This document shows positions 1 through 13,300 of a stretch of DNA of 64,000 nucleotides, in pieces. The translations under genes were made by a program, and so were the position numbers. Under the pieces are notes generated by a model. The model was not told the DNA's origin and ran no database searches. It worked only from the letters and a program-made list of their open reading frames with translations. The DNA lies in NCBI GenBank assembly GCA_964057225.1, contig OZ059900.1, positions 24,676,001 through 24,740,000 of the forward strand. Direction: 5' to 3'. This DNA is from Auanema rhodensis. Taxonomy: Eukaryota > Animalia > Nematoda. Each line of letters opens with the position of its first letter. The first letter of the stretch is position 1.

Positions 1-1026
1 ATTGCATGAGTTTGAACACATGAAATCGTAAGTCAAAACCTTGTTTACAGCGAAATTTCCAAAAACTGGTTTTCCAGCATAATAAAATATTTCTCATGGG
101 AAATACTGTGTTTTTGTATTTTTCTAGTGTTCAGCATGTAAAATGCTTCATTTTAGTATGTAACACGCCGAAAGTCGTTGCATTTGACGACTCATATGAA
201 CAAAAATCGATTTAATCAATATTAGCCATAAGGGGCGTGCCCTCAGAATATGCTAATTTCCTTAATTTTCTAACCCCTGTTTTTTTGTCGTGAAAGTGGA
301 ACTAGACGTTGTACGAACAATTTTGAGCTAGGTTTCATTGACATTGCATGAGTTTGAACACATGAAATCGTAAGTCAAAACCTTGTTTACAGCGAAATTT
401 CCAAAAACTGGTTTTCCAGCATAATAAAATATTTCTCATGGGAAATACTGTGTTTTTGTATTTTTCTAGTGTTCAGCATGTAAAATGCTTCATTTTAGTA
501 TGTAACACGCTGAAATTCGTTGCATTTGACGACTCATATGAACAAAAATCGATTTAATCAATATTAGCCATAAAGGGCGTGCCCTCAGAATATGCTAATT
601 TCCTTAATTTTCTAACCCTTGTTTTTTTGTCGTGAAAGTGGAACTAGACGTTGTACGAACAATTTTGAGCTAGGTTTCATTGACATTGCATGAGTTTGAA
701 CACATGAAATCGTAAGTCAAAACCTTGTTTACAGCGAAATTTCCAAAAACTGGTTTTCCAGCATAATAAAATATTTCTCATGGGAAATACTGTGTTTTTG
801 TATTTTTCTAGTGTTCAGCATGTAAAATGCTTCATTTTAGTATGTAACATGCTGAAATTCGTTGCATTTGACGACTCATATGAACAAAAATCGATTTAAT
901 CAATATTAGCCATAAGGGGCGTGCCCTCAGAATATGCTAATTTCCTTAATTTTCTAACCCCTGTTTTTTTGTCGTGAAAGTGGAACTAGACGTTGTACGA
1001 ACAATTTTGAGCTAGGTTTCATTGAC

Positions 1027-1368
1027 ATTGCATGAGTTTGAACACATGAAATCGTAAGTCAAAACCTTGTTTACAGCGAAATTTCCAAAAACTGGTTTTC
1101 CAGCATAATAAAATATTTCTCATGGGAAATACTGTGTTTTTGTATTTTTCTAGTGTTCAGCATGTAAAATGCTTCATTTTAGTATGTAACACGCTGAAAT
1201 TCGTTGCATTTGACGACTCATATGAACAAAAATCGATTTAATCAATATTAGCCATAAGGGGCGTGCCCTCAGAATATGCTAATTTCCTTAATTTTCTAAC
1301 CCCTGTTTTTTTGTCGTGAAAGTGGAACTAGACGTTGTACGAACAATTTTGAGCTAGGTTTCATTGAC
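1027..1368 (+). repeat. Representative consensus monomer (monomer 4), 342 bp, about 34% GC, 10 CpG
   Basis: Carries none of the variants seen elsewhere. Manual count gives 57 C and 59 G in 342 bp. Stop codons occur in all six frames. Confidence 0.95.
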
Positions 1369-4300
1369 ATTGCATGAGTTTGAACACATGAAATCGTAAG
1401 TCAAAACCTTGTTTACAGCGAAATTTCCAAAAACTGGTTTTCCAGCATAATAAAATATTTCTCATGGGAAATACTGTGTTTTTGTATTTTTCTAGTGTTC
1501 AGCATGTAAAATGCTTCATTTTAGTATGTAACACGCTGAAAGTCGTTGCATTTGACGACTCATATGAACAAAAATCGATTTAATCAATATTAGCCATAAG
1601 GGGCGTGCCCTCAGAATATGCTAATTTCCTTAGTTTTCTAACCCCTGTTTTTTTGTCGTGAAAGTGGAACTAGACGTTGTACGAACAATTTTGAGCTAGG
1701 TTTCATTGACATTGCATGAGTTTGAACACATGAAATCGTAAGTCAAAACCTTGTTTACAGCGAAATTTCCAAAAACTGGTTTTCCAGCATAATAAAATAT
1801 TTCTCATGGGAAATACTGTGTTTTTGTATTTTTCTAGTGTTCAGCATGTAAAATGCTTCATTTTAGTATGTAACACGCTGAAATTCGTTGCATTTGACGA
1901 ATCATATGAACAAAAATCGATTTAATCAATATTAGCCATAAGGGGCGTGCCCTCAGAATATGCTAATTTCCTTAATTTTCTAACCCCTGTTTTTTTGTCG
2001 TGAAAGTGGAACTAAACGTTGTACGAACAATTTTGAGCTATGTTTCATTGACATTGCATGAGTTTGAACACATGAAATCGTAAGTCAAAACCTTGTTTAC
2101 AGCGAAATTTCCAAAAACTGGTTTTCCAGCATAATAAAATATTTCTCATGGGAAATACTGTGTTTTTGTATTTTTCTAGTGTTCAGCATGTAAAATGCTT
2201 CATTTTAGTATGTAACACGCTGAAAGTCGTTGCATTTGACGACTCATATGAACAAAAATCGATTTAATCAATATTAGCCATAAGGGGCGTGCCCTCAGAA
2301 TATGCTAATTTCCTTAATTTTCTAACCCCTGTTTTTTTGTCGTGAAAGTGGAACTAGACGTTGTACGAACAATTTTGAGCTAGGTTTCATTGACATTGCA
2401 TGAGTTTGAACACATGAAATCGTAAGTCAAAACCTTGTTTACAGCGAAATTTCCAAAAACTGGTTTTCCAGCATAATAAAATATTTCTCATGGGAAATAC
2501 TGTGTTTTTGTATTTTTCTAGTGTTCAGCATGTAAAATGCTTCATTTTAGTATGTAACACGCTGAAATTCGTTGCATTTGACGACTCATATGAACAAAAA
2601 TCGATTTAATCAATATTAGCCATAAAGGGCGTGCCCTCAGAATATGCTAATTTCCTTAATTTTCTAACCCTTGTTTTTTTGTCGTGAAAGTGGAACTAGA
2701 CGTTGTACGAACAATTTTGAGCTAGGTTTCATTGACATTGCATGAGTTTGAACACATGAAATCGTAAGTCAAAACCTTGTTTACAGCGAAATTTCCAAAA
2801 ACTGGTTTTCCAGCATAATAAAATATTTCTCATGGGAAATACTGTGTTTTTGTATTTTTCTAGTGTTCAGCATGTAAAATGCTTCATTTTAGTATGTAAC
2901 ATGCTGAAATTCGTTGCATTTGACGACTCATATGAACAAAAATCGATTTAATCAATATTAGCCATAAGGGGCGTGCCCTCAGAATATGCTAATTTCCTTA
3001 ATTTTCTAACCCCTGTTTTTTTGTCGTGAAAGTGGAACTAGACGTTGTACGAACAATTTTGAGCTAGGTTTCATTGACATTGCATGAGTTTGAACACATG
3101 AAATCGTAAGTCAAAACCTTGTTTACAGCGAAATTTCCAAAAACTGGTTTTCCAGCATAATAAAATATTTCTCATGGGAAATACTGTGTTTTTGTATTTT
3201 TCTAGTGTTCAGCATGTAAAATGCTTCATTTTAGTATGTAACACGCTGAAATTCGTTGCATTTGACGACTCATATGAACAAAAATCGATTTAATCAATAT
3301 TAGCCATAAGGGGCGTGCCCTCAGAATATGCTAATTTCCTTAATTTTCTAACCCCTGTTTTTTTGTCGTGAAAGTGGAACTAGACGTTGTACGAACAATT
3401 TTGAGCTAGGTTTCATTGACATTGCATGAGTTTGAACACATGAAATCGTAAGTCAAAACCTTGTTTACAGCGAAATTTCCAAAAACTGGTTTTCCAGCAT
3501 AATAAAATATTTCTCATGGGAAATACTGTGTTTTTGTATTTTTCTAGTGTTCAGCATGTAAAATGCTTCATTTTAGTATGTAACACGCTGAAATTCGTTG
3601 CATTTGACGACTCATATGAACAAAAATCGATTTAATCAATATTAGCCATAAGGGGCGTGCCCTCAGAATATGCTAATTTCCTTAATTTTCTAACCCCTGT
3701 TTTTTTGTCGTGAAAGTGGAACTAGACGTTGTACGAACAATTTTGAGCTAGGTTTCATTGACATTGCATGAGTTTGAACACATGAAATCGTAAGTCAAAA
3801 CCTTGTTTACAGCGAAATTTCCAAAAACTGGTTTTCCAGCATAATAAAATATTTCTCATGGGAAATACTGTGTTTTTGTATTTTTCTAGTGTTCAGCATG
3901 TAAAATGCTTCATTTTAGTATGTAACTCGCTGAAATTCGTTGCATTTGACGACTCATATGAACAAAAATCGATTTAATCAATATTAGCCATAAGGGGCGT
4001 GCCCTCAGAATATGCTAATTTCCTTAATTTTCTAACCCCTGTTTTTTTGTCGTGAAAGTGGAACTAGACGTTGTACGAACAATTTTGAGCTAGGTTTCAT
4101 TGACATTGCATGAGTTTGAACACATGAAATCGTAAGTCAAAACCTTGTTTACAGCGAAATTTCCAAAAACTGGTTTTCCAGCATAATAAAATATTTCTCA
4201 TGGGAAATACTGTGTTTTTGTATTTTTCTAGTGTTCAGCATGTAAAATGCTTCATTTTAGTATGTAACACGCTGAAATTCGTTGCATTTGACGACTCATA

Positions 4301-7300
4301 TGAACAAAAATCGATTTAATCAATATTAGCCATAAGGGGCGTGCCCTCAGAATATGCTAATTTCCTTAATTTTCTAACCCCTGTTTTTTTGTCGTGAAAG
4401 TGGAACTAGACGTTGTACGAACAATTTTGAGCTAGGTTTCATTGACATTGCATGAGTTTGAACACATGAAATCGTAAGTCAAAACCTTGTTTACAGCGAA
4501 ATTTCCAAAAACTGGTTTTCCAGCATAATAAAATATTTCTCATGGGAAATACTGTGTTTTTGTATTTTTCTAGTGTTCAGCATGTAAAATGCTTCATTTT
4601 AGTATGTAACATGCTGAAATTCGTTGCATTTGACGACTCATATGAACAAAAATCGATTTAATCAATATTAGCCATAAGGGGCGTGCCCTCAGAATATGCT
4701 AATTTCCTTAATTTTCTAACCCCTGTTTTTTTGTCGTGAAAGTGGAACTAGACGTTGTACGAACAATTTTGAGCTAGGTTTCATTGACATTGCATGAGTT
4801 TGAACACATGAAATCGTAAGTCAAAACCTTGTTTACAGCGAAATTTCCAAAAACTGGTTTTCCAGCATAATAAAATATTTCTCATGGGAAATACTGTGTT
4901 TTTGTATTTTTCTAGTGTTCAGCATGTAAAATGCTTCATTTTAGTATGTAACACGCTGAAATTCGTTGCATTTGACGACTCATATGAACAAAAATCGATT
5001 TAATCAATATTAGCCATAAGGGGCGTGCCCTCAGAATATGCTAATTTCCTTAATTTTCTAACCCCTGTTTTTTTGTCGTGAAAGTGGAACTAGACGTTGT
5101 ACGAACAATTTTGAGCTAGGTTTCATTGACATTGCATGAGTTTGAACACATGAAATCGTAAGTCAAAACCTTGTTTACAGCGAAATTTCCAAAAACTGGT
5201 TTTCCAGCATAATAAAATATTTCTCATGGGAAATACTGTGTTTTTGTATTTTTCTAGTGTTCAGCATGTAAAATGCTTCATTTTAGTATGTAACACGCTG
5301 AAATTCGTTGCATTTGACGACTCAAATGAACAAAAATCGATTTAATCAATATTAGCCATAAGGGGCGTGCCCTCAGAATATGCTAATTTCCTTAATTTTC
5401 TAACCCTTGTTTTTTTGTCGTGAAAGTGGAACTAGACGTTGTACGAACAATTTTGAGCTAGGTTTCATTGACATTGCATGAGTTTGAACACATGAAATCG
5501 TAAGTCAAAACCTTGTTTACAGCGAAATTTCCAAAAACTGGTTTTCCAGCATAATAAAATATTTCTCATGGGAAATACTGTGTTTTTGTATTTTTCTAGT
5601 GTTCAGCATGTAAAATGCTTCATTTTAGTATGTAACACGCTGAAATTCGTTGCATTTGACGACTCATATGAACAAAAATCGATTTAATCAATATTAGCCA
5701 TAAGGGGCGTGCCCTCAGAATATGCTAATTTCCTTAATTTTCTAACCCCTGTTTTTTTGTCGTGAAAGTGGAACTAGACGTTGTACGAACAATTTTGAGC
5801 TAGGTTTCATTGACATTGCATGAGTTTGAACACATGAAATCGTAAGTCAAAACCTTGTTTACAGCGAAATTTCCAAAAACTGGTTTTCCAGCATAATAAA
5901 ATATTTCTCATGGGAAATACTGTGTTTTTGTATTTTTCTAGTGTTCAGCATGTAAAATGCTTCATTTTAGTATGTAACACGCTGAAAGTCGTTGCATTTG
6001 ACGACTCATATGAACAAAAATCGATTTAATCAATATTAGCCATAAGGGGCGTGCCCTCAGAATATGCTAATTTCCTTAGTTTTCTAACCCCTGTTTTTTT
6101 GTCGTGAAAGTGGAACTAGACGTTGTACGAACAATTTTGAGCTAGGTTTCATTGACATTGCATGAGTTTGAACACATGAAATCGTAAGTCAAAACCTTGT
6201 TTACAGCGAAATTTCCAAAAACTGGTTTTCCAGCATAATAAAATATTTCTCATGGGAAATACTGTGTTTTTGTATTTTTCTAGTGTTCAGCATGTAAAAT
6301 GCTTCATTTTAGTATGTAACACGCTGAAATTCGTTGCATTTGACGAATCATATGAACAAAAATCGATTTAATCAATATTAGCCATAAGGGGCGTGCCCTC
6401 AGAATATGCTAATTTCCTTAATTTTCTAACCCCTGTTTTTTTGTCGTGAAAGTGGAACTAGACGTTGTACGAACAATTTTGAGCTAGGTTTCATTGACAT
6501 TGCATGAGTTTGAACACATGAAATCGTAAGTCAAAACCTTGTTTACAGCGAAATTTCCAAAAACTGGTTTTCCAGCATAATAAAATATTTCTCATGGGAA
6601 ATACTGTGTTTTTGTATTTTTCTAGTGTTCAGCATGTAAAATGCTTCATTTTAGTATGTAACACGCTGAAATTCGTTGCATTTGACGACTCATATGAACA
6701 AAAATCGATTTAATCAATATTAGCCATAAGGGGCGTGCCCTCAGAATATGCTAATTTCCTTAATTTTCTAACCCCTGTTTTTTTGTCGTGAAAGTGGAAC
6801 TAGACGTTGTACGAACAATTTTGAGCTAGGTTTCATTGACATTGCATGAGTTTGAACACATGAAATCGTAAGTCAAAACCTTGTTTACAGCGAAATTTCC
6901 AAAAACTGGTTTTCCAGCATAATAAAATATTTCTCATGGGAAATACTGTGTTTTTGTATTTTTCTAGTGTTCAGCATGTAAAATGCTTCATTTTAGTATG
7001 TAACACGCTGAAATTCGTTGCATTTGACGACTCATATGAACAAAAATCGATTTAATCAATATTAGCCATAAGGGGCGTGCCCTCAGAATATGCTAATTTC
7101 CTTAATTTTCTAACCCTTGTTTTTTTGTCGTGAAAGTGGAACTAGACGTTGTACGAACAATTTTGAGCTAGGTTTCATTGACATTGCATGAGTTTGAACA
7201 CATGAAATCGTAAGTCAAAACCTTGTTTACAGCGAAATTTCCAAAAACTGGTTTTCCAGCATAATAAAATATTTCTCATGGGAAATACTGTGTTTTTGTA

Positions 7301-10300
7301 TTTTTCTAGTGTTCAGCATGTAAAATGCTTCATTTTAGTATGTAACATGCTGAAATTCGTTGCATTTGACGACTCATATGAACAAAAATCGATTTAATCA
7401 ATATTAGCCATAAGGGGCGTGCCCTCAGAATATGCTAATTTCCTTAATTTTCTAACCCTTGTTTTTTTGTCGTGAAAGTGGAACTAGACGTTGTACGAAC
7501 AATTTTGAGCTAGGTTTCATTGACATTGCATGAGTTTGAACACATGAAATCGTAAGTCAAAACATTGTTTACAGCGAAATTTCCAAAAACTGGTTTTCCA
7601 GCATAATAAAATATTTCTCATGGGAAATACTGTGTTTTTGTATTTTTCTAGTGTTCAGCATGTAAAATGCTTCATTTTAGTATGTAACATGCTGAAATTC
7701 GTTGCATTTGACGACTCATATGAACAAAAATCGATTTAATCAATATTAGCCATAAGGGGCGTGCCCTCAGAATATGCTAATTTCCTTAATTTTCTAACCC
7801 CTGTTTTTTTGTCGTGAAAGTGGAACTAGACGTTGTACGAACAATTTTGAGCTAGGTTTCATTGACATTGCATGAGTTTGAACACATGAAATCGTAAGTC
7901 AAAACCTTGTTTACAGCGAAATTTCCAAAAACTGGTTTTCCAGCATAATAAAATATTTCTCATGGGAAATACTGTGTTTTTGTATTTTTCTAGTGTTCAG
8001 CATGTAAAATGCTTCATTTTAGTATGTAACACGCTGAAATTCGTTGCATTTGACGACTCATATGAACAAAAATCGATTTAATCAATATTAGCCATAAGGG
8101 GCGTGCCCTCAGAATATGCTAATTTCCTTAATTTTCTAACCCCTGTTTTTTTGTCGTGAAAGTGGAACTAGACGTTGTACGAACAATTTTGAGCTAGGTT
8201 TCATTGACATTGCATGAGTTTGAACACATGAAATCGTAAGTCAAAACCTTGTTTACAGCGAAATTTCCAAAAACTGGTTTTCCAGCATAATAAAATATTT
8301 CTCATGGGAAATACTGTGTTTTTGTATTTTTCTAGTGTTCAGCATGTAAAATGCTTCATTTTAGTATGTAACATGCTGAAATTCGTTGCATTTGACGACT
8401 CATATGAACAAAAATCGATTTAATCAATATTAGCCATAAGGGGCGTGCCCTCAGAATATGCTAATTTCCTTAATTTTCTAACCCCTGTTTTTTTGTCGTG
8501 AAAGTGGAACTAGACGTTGTACGAACAATTTTGAGCTAGGTTTCATTGACATTGCATGAGTTTGAACACATGAAATCGTAAGTCAAAACCTTGTTTACAG
8601 CGAAATTTCCAAAAACTGGTTTTCCAGCATAATAAAATATTTCTCATGGGAAATACTGTGTTTTTGTATTTTTCTAGTGTTCAGCATGTAAAATGCTTCA
8701 TTTTAGTATGTAACATGCTGAAATTCGTTGCATTTGACGACTCATATGAACAAAAATCGATTTAATCAATATTAGCCATAAGGGGCGTGCCCTCAGAATA
8801 TGCTAATTTCCTTAATTTTCTAACCCCTGTTTTTTTGTCGTGAAAGTGGAACTAGACGTTGTACGAACAATTTTGAGCTAGGTTTCATTGACATTGCATG
8901 AGTTTGAACACATGAAATCGTAAGTCAAAACCTTGTTTACAGCGAAATTTCCAAAAACTGGTTTTCCAGCATAATAAAATATTTCTCATGGGAAATACTG
9001 TGTTTTTGTATTTTTCTAGTGTTCAGCATGTAAAATGCTTCATTTTAGTATGTAACACGCTGAAATTCGTTGCATTTGACGACTCATATGAACAAAAATC
9101 GATTTAATCAATATTAGCCATAAGGGGCGTGCCCTCAGAATATGCTAATTTCCTTAATTTTCTAACCCCTGTTTTTTTGTCGTGAAAGTGGAACTAGACG
9201 TTGTACGAACAATTTTGAGCTAGGTTTCATTGACATTGCATGAGTTTGAACACATGAAATCGTAAGTCAAAACCTTGTTTACAGCGAAATTTCCAAAAAC
9301 TGGTTTTCCAGCATAATAAAATATTTCTCATGGGAAATACTGTGTTTTTGTATTTTTCTAGTGTTCAGCATGTAAAATGCTTCATTTTAGTATGTAACAC
9401 GCTGAAATTCGTTGCATTTGACGACTCATATGAACAAAAATCGATTTAATCAATATTAGCCATAAGGGGCGTGCCCTCAGAATATGCTAATTTCCTTAAT
9501 TTTCTAACCCTTGTTTTTTTGTCGTGAAAGTGGAACTAGACGTTGTACGAACAATTTTGAGCTAGGTTTCATTGACATTGCATGAGTTTGAACACATGAA
9601 ATCGTAAGTCAAAACCTTGTTTACAGCGGAATTTCCAAAAACTGGTTTTCCAGCATAATAAAATATTTCTCATGGGAAATACTGTGTTTTTGTATTTTTC
9701 TAGTGTTCAGCATGTAAAATGCTTCATTTTAGTATGTAACATGCTGAAATTCGTTGCATTTGACGACTCATATGAACAAAAATCGATTTAATCAATATTA
9801 GCCATAAGGGGCGTGCCCTCAGAATATGCTAATTTCCTTAATTTTCTAACCCCTGTTTTTTTGTCGTGAAAGTGGAACTAGACGTTGTACGAACAATTTT
9901 GAGCTAGGTTTCATTGACATTGCATGAGTTTGAACACATGAAATCGTAAGTCAAAACCTTGTTTACAGCGAAATTTCCAAAAACTGGTTTTCCAGCATAA
10001 TAAAATATTTCTCATGGGAAATACTGTGTTTTTGTATTTTTCTAGTGTTCAGCATGTAAAATGCTTCATTTTAGTATGTAACACGCTGAAATTCGTTGCA
10101 TTTGACGACTCATATGAACAAAAATCGATTTAATCAATATTAGCCATAAGGGGCGTGCCCTCAGAATATGCTAATTTCCTTAATTTTCTAACCCCTGTTT
10201 TTTTGTCGTGAAAGTGGAACTAGACGTTGTACGAACAATTTTGAGCTAGGTTTCATTGACATTGCATGAGTTTGAACACATGAAATCGTAAGTCAAAACC

Positions 10301-13300
10301 TTGTTTACAGCGAAATTTCCAAAAACTGGTTTTCCAGCATAATAAAATATTTCTCATGGGAAATACTGTGTTTTTGTATTTTTCTAGTGTTCAGCATGTA
10401 AAATGCTTCATTTTAGTATGTAACATGCTGAAATTCGTTGCATTTGACGACTCATATGAACAAAAATCGATTTAATCAATATTAGCCATAAGGGGCGTGC
10501 CCTCAGAATATGCTAATTTCCTTAATTTTCTAACCCCTGTTTTTTTGTCGTGAAAGTGGAACTAGACGTTGTACGAACAATTTTGAGCTAGGTTTCATTG
10601 ACATTGCATGAGTTTGAACACATGAAATCGTAAGTCAAAACCTTGTTTACAGCGAAATTTCCAAAAACTGGTTTTCCAGCATAATAAAATATTTCTCATG
10701 GGAAATACTGTGTTTTTGTATTTTTCTAGTGTTCAGCATGTAAAATGCTTCATTTTAGTATGTAACACGCTGAAATTCGTTGCATTTGACGACTCATATG
10801 AACAAAAATCGATTTAATCAATATTAGCCATAAGGGGCGTGCCCTCAGAATATGCTAATTTCCTTAATTTTCTAACCCCTGTTTTTTTGTCGTGAAAGTG
10901 GAACTAGACGTTGTACGAACAATTTTGAGCTAGGTTTCATTGACATTGCATGAGTTTGAACACATGAAATCGTAAGTCAAAACCTTGTTTACAGCGAAAT
11001 TTCCAAAAACTGGTTTTCCAGCATAATAAAATATTTCTCATGGGAAATACTGTGTTTTTGTATTTTTCTAGTGTTCAGCATGTAAAATGCTTCATTTTAG
11101 TATGTAACACGCTGAAATTCGTTGCATTTGACGACTCATATGAACAAAAATCGATTTAATCAATATTAGCCATAAGGGGCGTGCCCTCAGAATATGCTAA
11201 TTTCCTTAATTTTCTAACCCTTGTTTTTTTGTCGTGAAAGTGGAACTAGACGTTGTACGAACAATTTTGAGCTAGGTTTCATTGACATTGCATGAGTTTG
11301 AACACATGAAATCGTAAGTCAAAACCTTGTTTACAGCGAAATTTCCAAAAACTGGTTTTCCAGCATAATAAAATATTTCTCATGGGAAATACTGTGTTTT
11401 TGTATTTTTCTAGTGTTCAGCATGTAAAATGCTTCATTTTAGTATGTAACATGCTGAAATTCGTTGCATTTGACGACTCATATGAACAAAAATCGATTTA
11501 ATCAATATTAGCCATAAGGGGCGTGCCCTCAGAATATGCTAATTTCCTTAATTTTCTAACCCCTGTTTTTTTGTCGTGAAAGTGGAACTAGACGTTGTAC
11601 GAACAATTTTGAGCTAGGTTTCATTGACATTGCATGAGTTTGAACACATGAAATCGTAAGTCAAAACCTTGTTTACAGCGAAATTTCCAAAAACTGGTTT
11701 TCCAGCATAATAAAATATTTCTCATGGGAAATACTGTGTTTTTGTATTTTTCTAGTGTTCAGCATGTAAAATGCTTCATTTTAGTATGTAACACGCTGAA
11801 ATTCGTTGCATTTGACGACTCATATGAACAAAAATCGATTTAATCAATATTAGCCATAAGGGGCGTGCCCTCAGAATATGCTAATTTCCTTAATTTTCTA
11901 ACCCCTGTTTTTTTGTCGTGAAAGTGGAACTAGACGTTGTACGAACAATTTTGAGCTAGGTTTCATTGACATTGCATGAGTTTGAACACATGAAATCGTA
12001 AGTCAAAACCTTGTTTACAGCGAAATTTTCAAAAACTGGTTTTCCAGCATAATAAAATATTTCTCATGTGAAATACTGTGTTTTTGTTTTTTTCTAGTGT
12101 TCAGCATGTAAAATGCTTCATTTTAGTATGTAACTCGCTGAAATTCGTTGCATTTGACGACTCATATGAACAAAAATCGATTTAATCAATATTAGCCATA
12201 AGGGGCGTGCCCTCAGAATATGCTAATTTCCTTAATTTTCTAACCCTTGTTTTTTTGTCGTGAAAGTGGAACTAGACGTTGTACGAACAATTTTGAGCTA
12301 GGTTTCATTGACATTGCATGAGTTTGAACACATGAAATCGTAAGTCAAAACCTTGTTTACAGCGAAATTTCCAAAAACTGGTTTTCCAGCATAATAAAAT
12401 ATTTCTCATGGGAAATACTGTGTTTTTGTATTTTTCTAGTGTTCAGCATGTAAAATGCTTCCTTTTAGTATGTAACACGCTGAAATTCGTTGCATTTGAC
12501 GACTCATATGAACAAAAATCGATTTAATCAATATTAGCCATAAGGGGCGTGCCCTCAGAATATGCTAATTTCCTTAGTTTTCTAACCCCTGTTTTTTTGT
12601 CGTGAAAGTGGAACTAGACGTTGTACGAACAATTTTGAGCTAGGTTTCATTGACATTGCATGAGTTTGAACACATGAAATCGTAAGTCAAAACCTTGTTT
12701 ACAGCGAAATTTCCAAAAACTGGTTTTCCAGCATAATAAAATATTTCTCATGGGAAATACTGTGTTTTTGTATTTTTCTAGTGTTCAGCATGTGAAATGC
12801 TTCATTTTAGTATGTAACACGCTGAAATTCGTTGCATTTGACGACTCATATGAACAAAAATCGATTTAATCAATATTAGCCATAAGGGGCGTGCCCTCAG
12901 AATATGCTAATTTCCTTAATTTTCTAACCCCTGTTTTTTTGTCGTGAAAGTGGAACTAGACGTTGTACGAACAATTTTGAGCTATGTTTCATTGACATTG
13001 CATGAGTTTGAACACATGAAATCGTAAGTCAAAACCTTGTTTACAGCGAAATTTCCAAAAACTGGTTTTCCAGCATAATAAAATATTTCTCATGGGAAAT
13101 ACTGTGTTTTTGTATTTTTCTAGTGTTCAGCATGTAAAATGTTTCATTTTAGTATGTAACACGCTGAAATTCGTTGCATTTGACGACTCATATGAACAAA
13201 AATCGATTTAATCAATATTAGCCATAAGGGGCGTGCCCTCAGAATATGCTAATTTCCTTAATTTTCTAACCCCTGTTTTTTTGTCGTGAAAGTGGAACTA

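Noticed and set aside
80-87. AATAAA polyadenylation signal or promoter-like AT motifs
   Set aside because: Common in 66% AT DNA, with no transcription unit to support them.
270-276. Telomere-like CTAACCC
   Set aside because: A single copy per monomer, expected by chance.
1-342. 5S rRNA, tRNA, snRNA or spliced-leader tandem gene unit
   Set aside because: No recognisable 5S sequence, A/B boxes, cloverleaf or leader sequence. An unknown ncRNA is not excluded without an Rfam search.
1199-1215. CENP-B box (ATTCGTTGCATTTGACG)
   Set aside because: The TTCGNNNNA half matches but the essential CGGG is absent, so it is not a canonical box.
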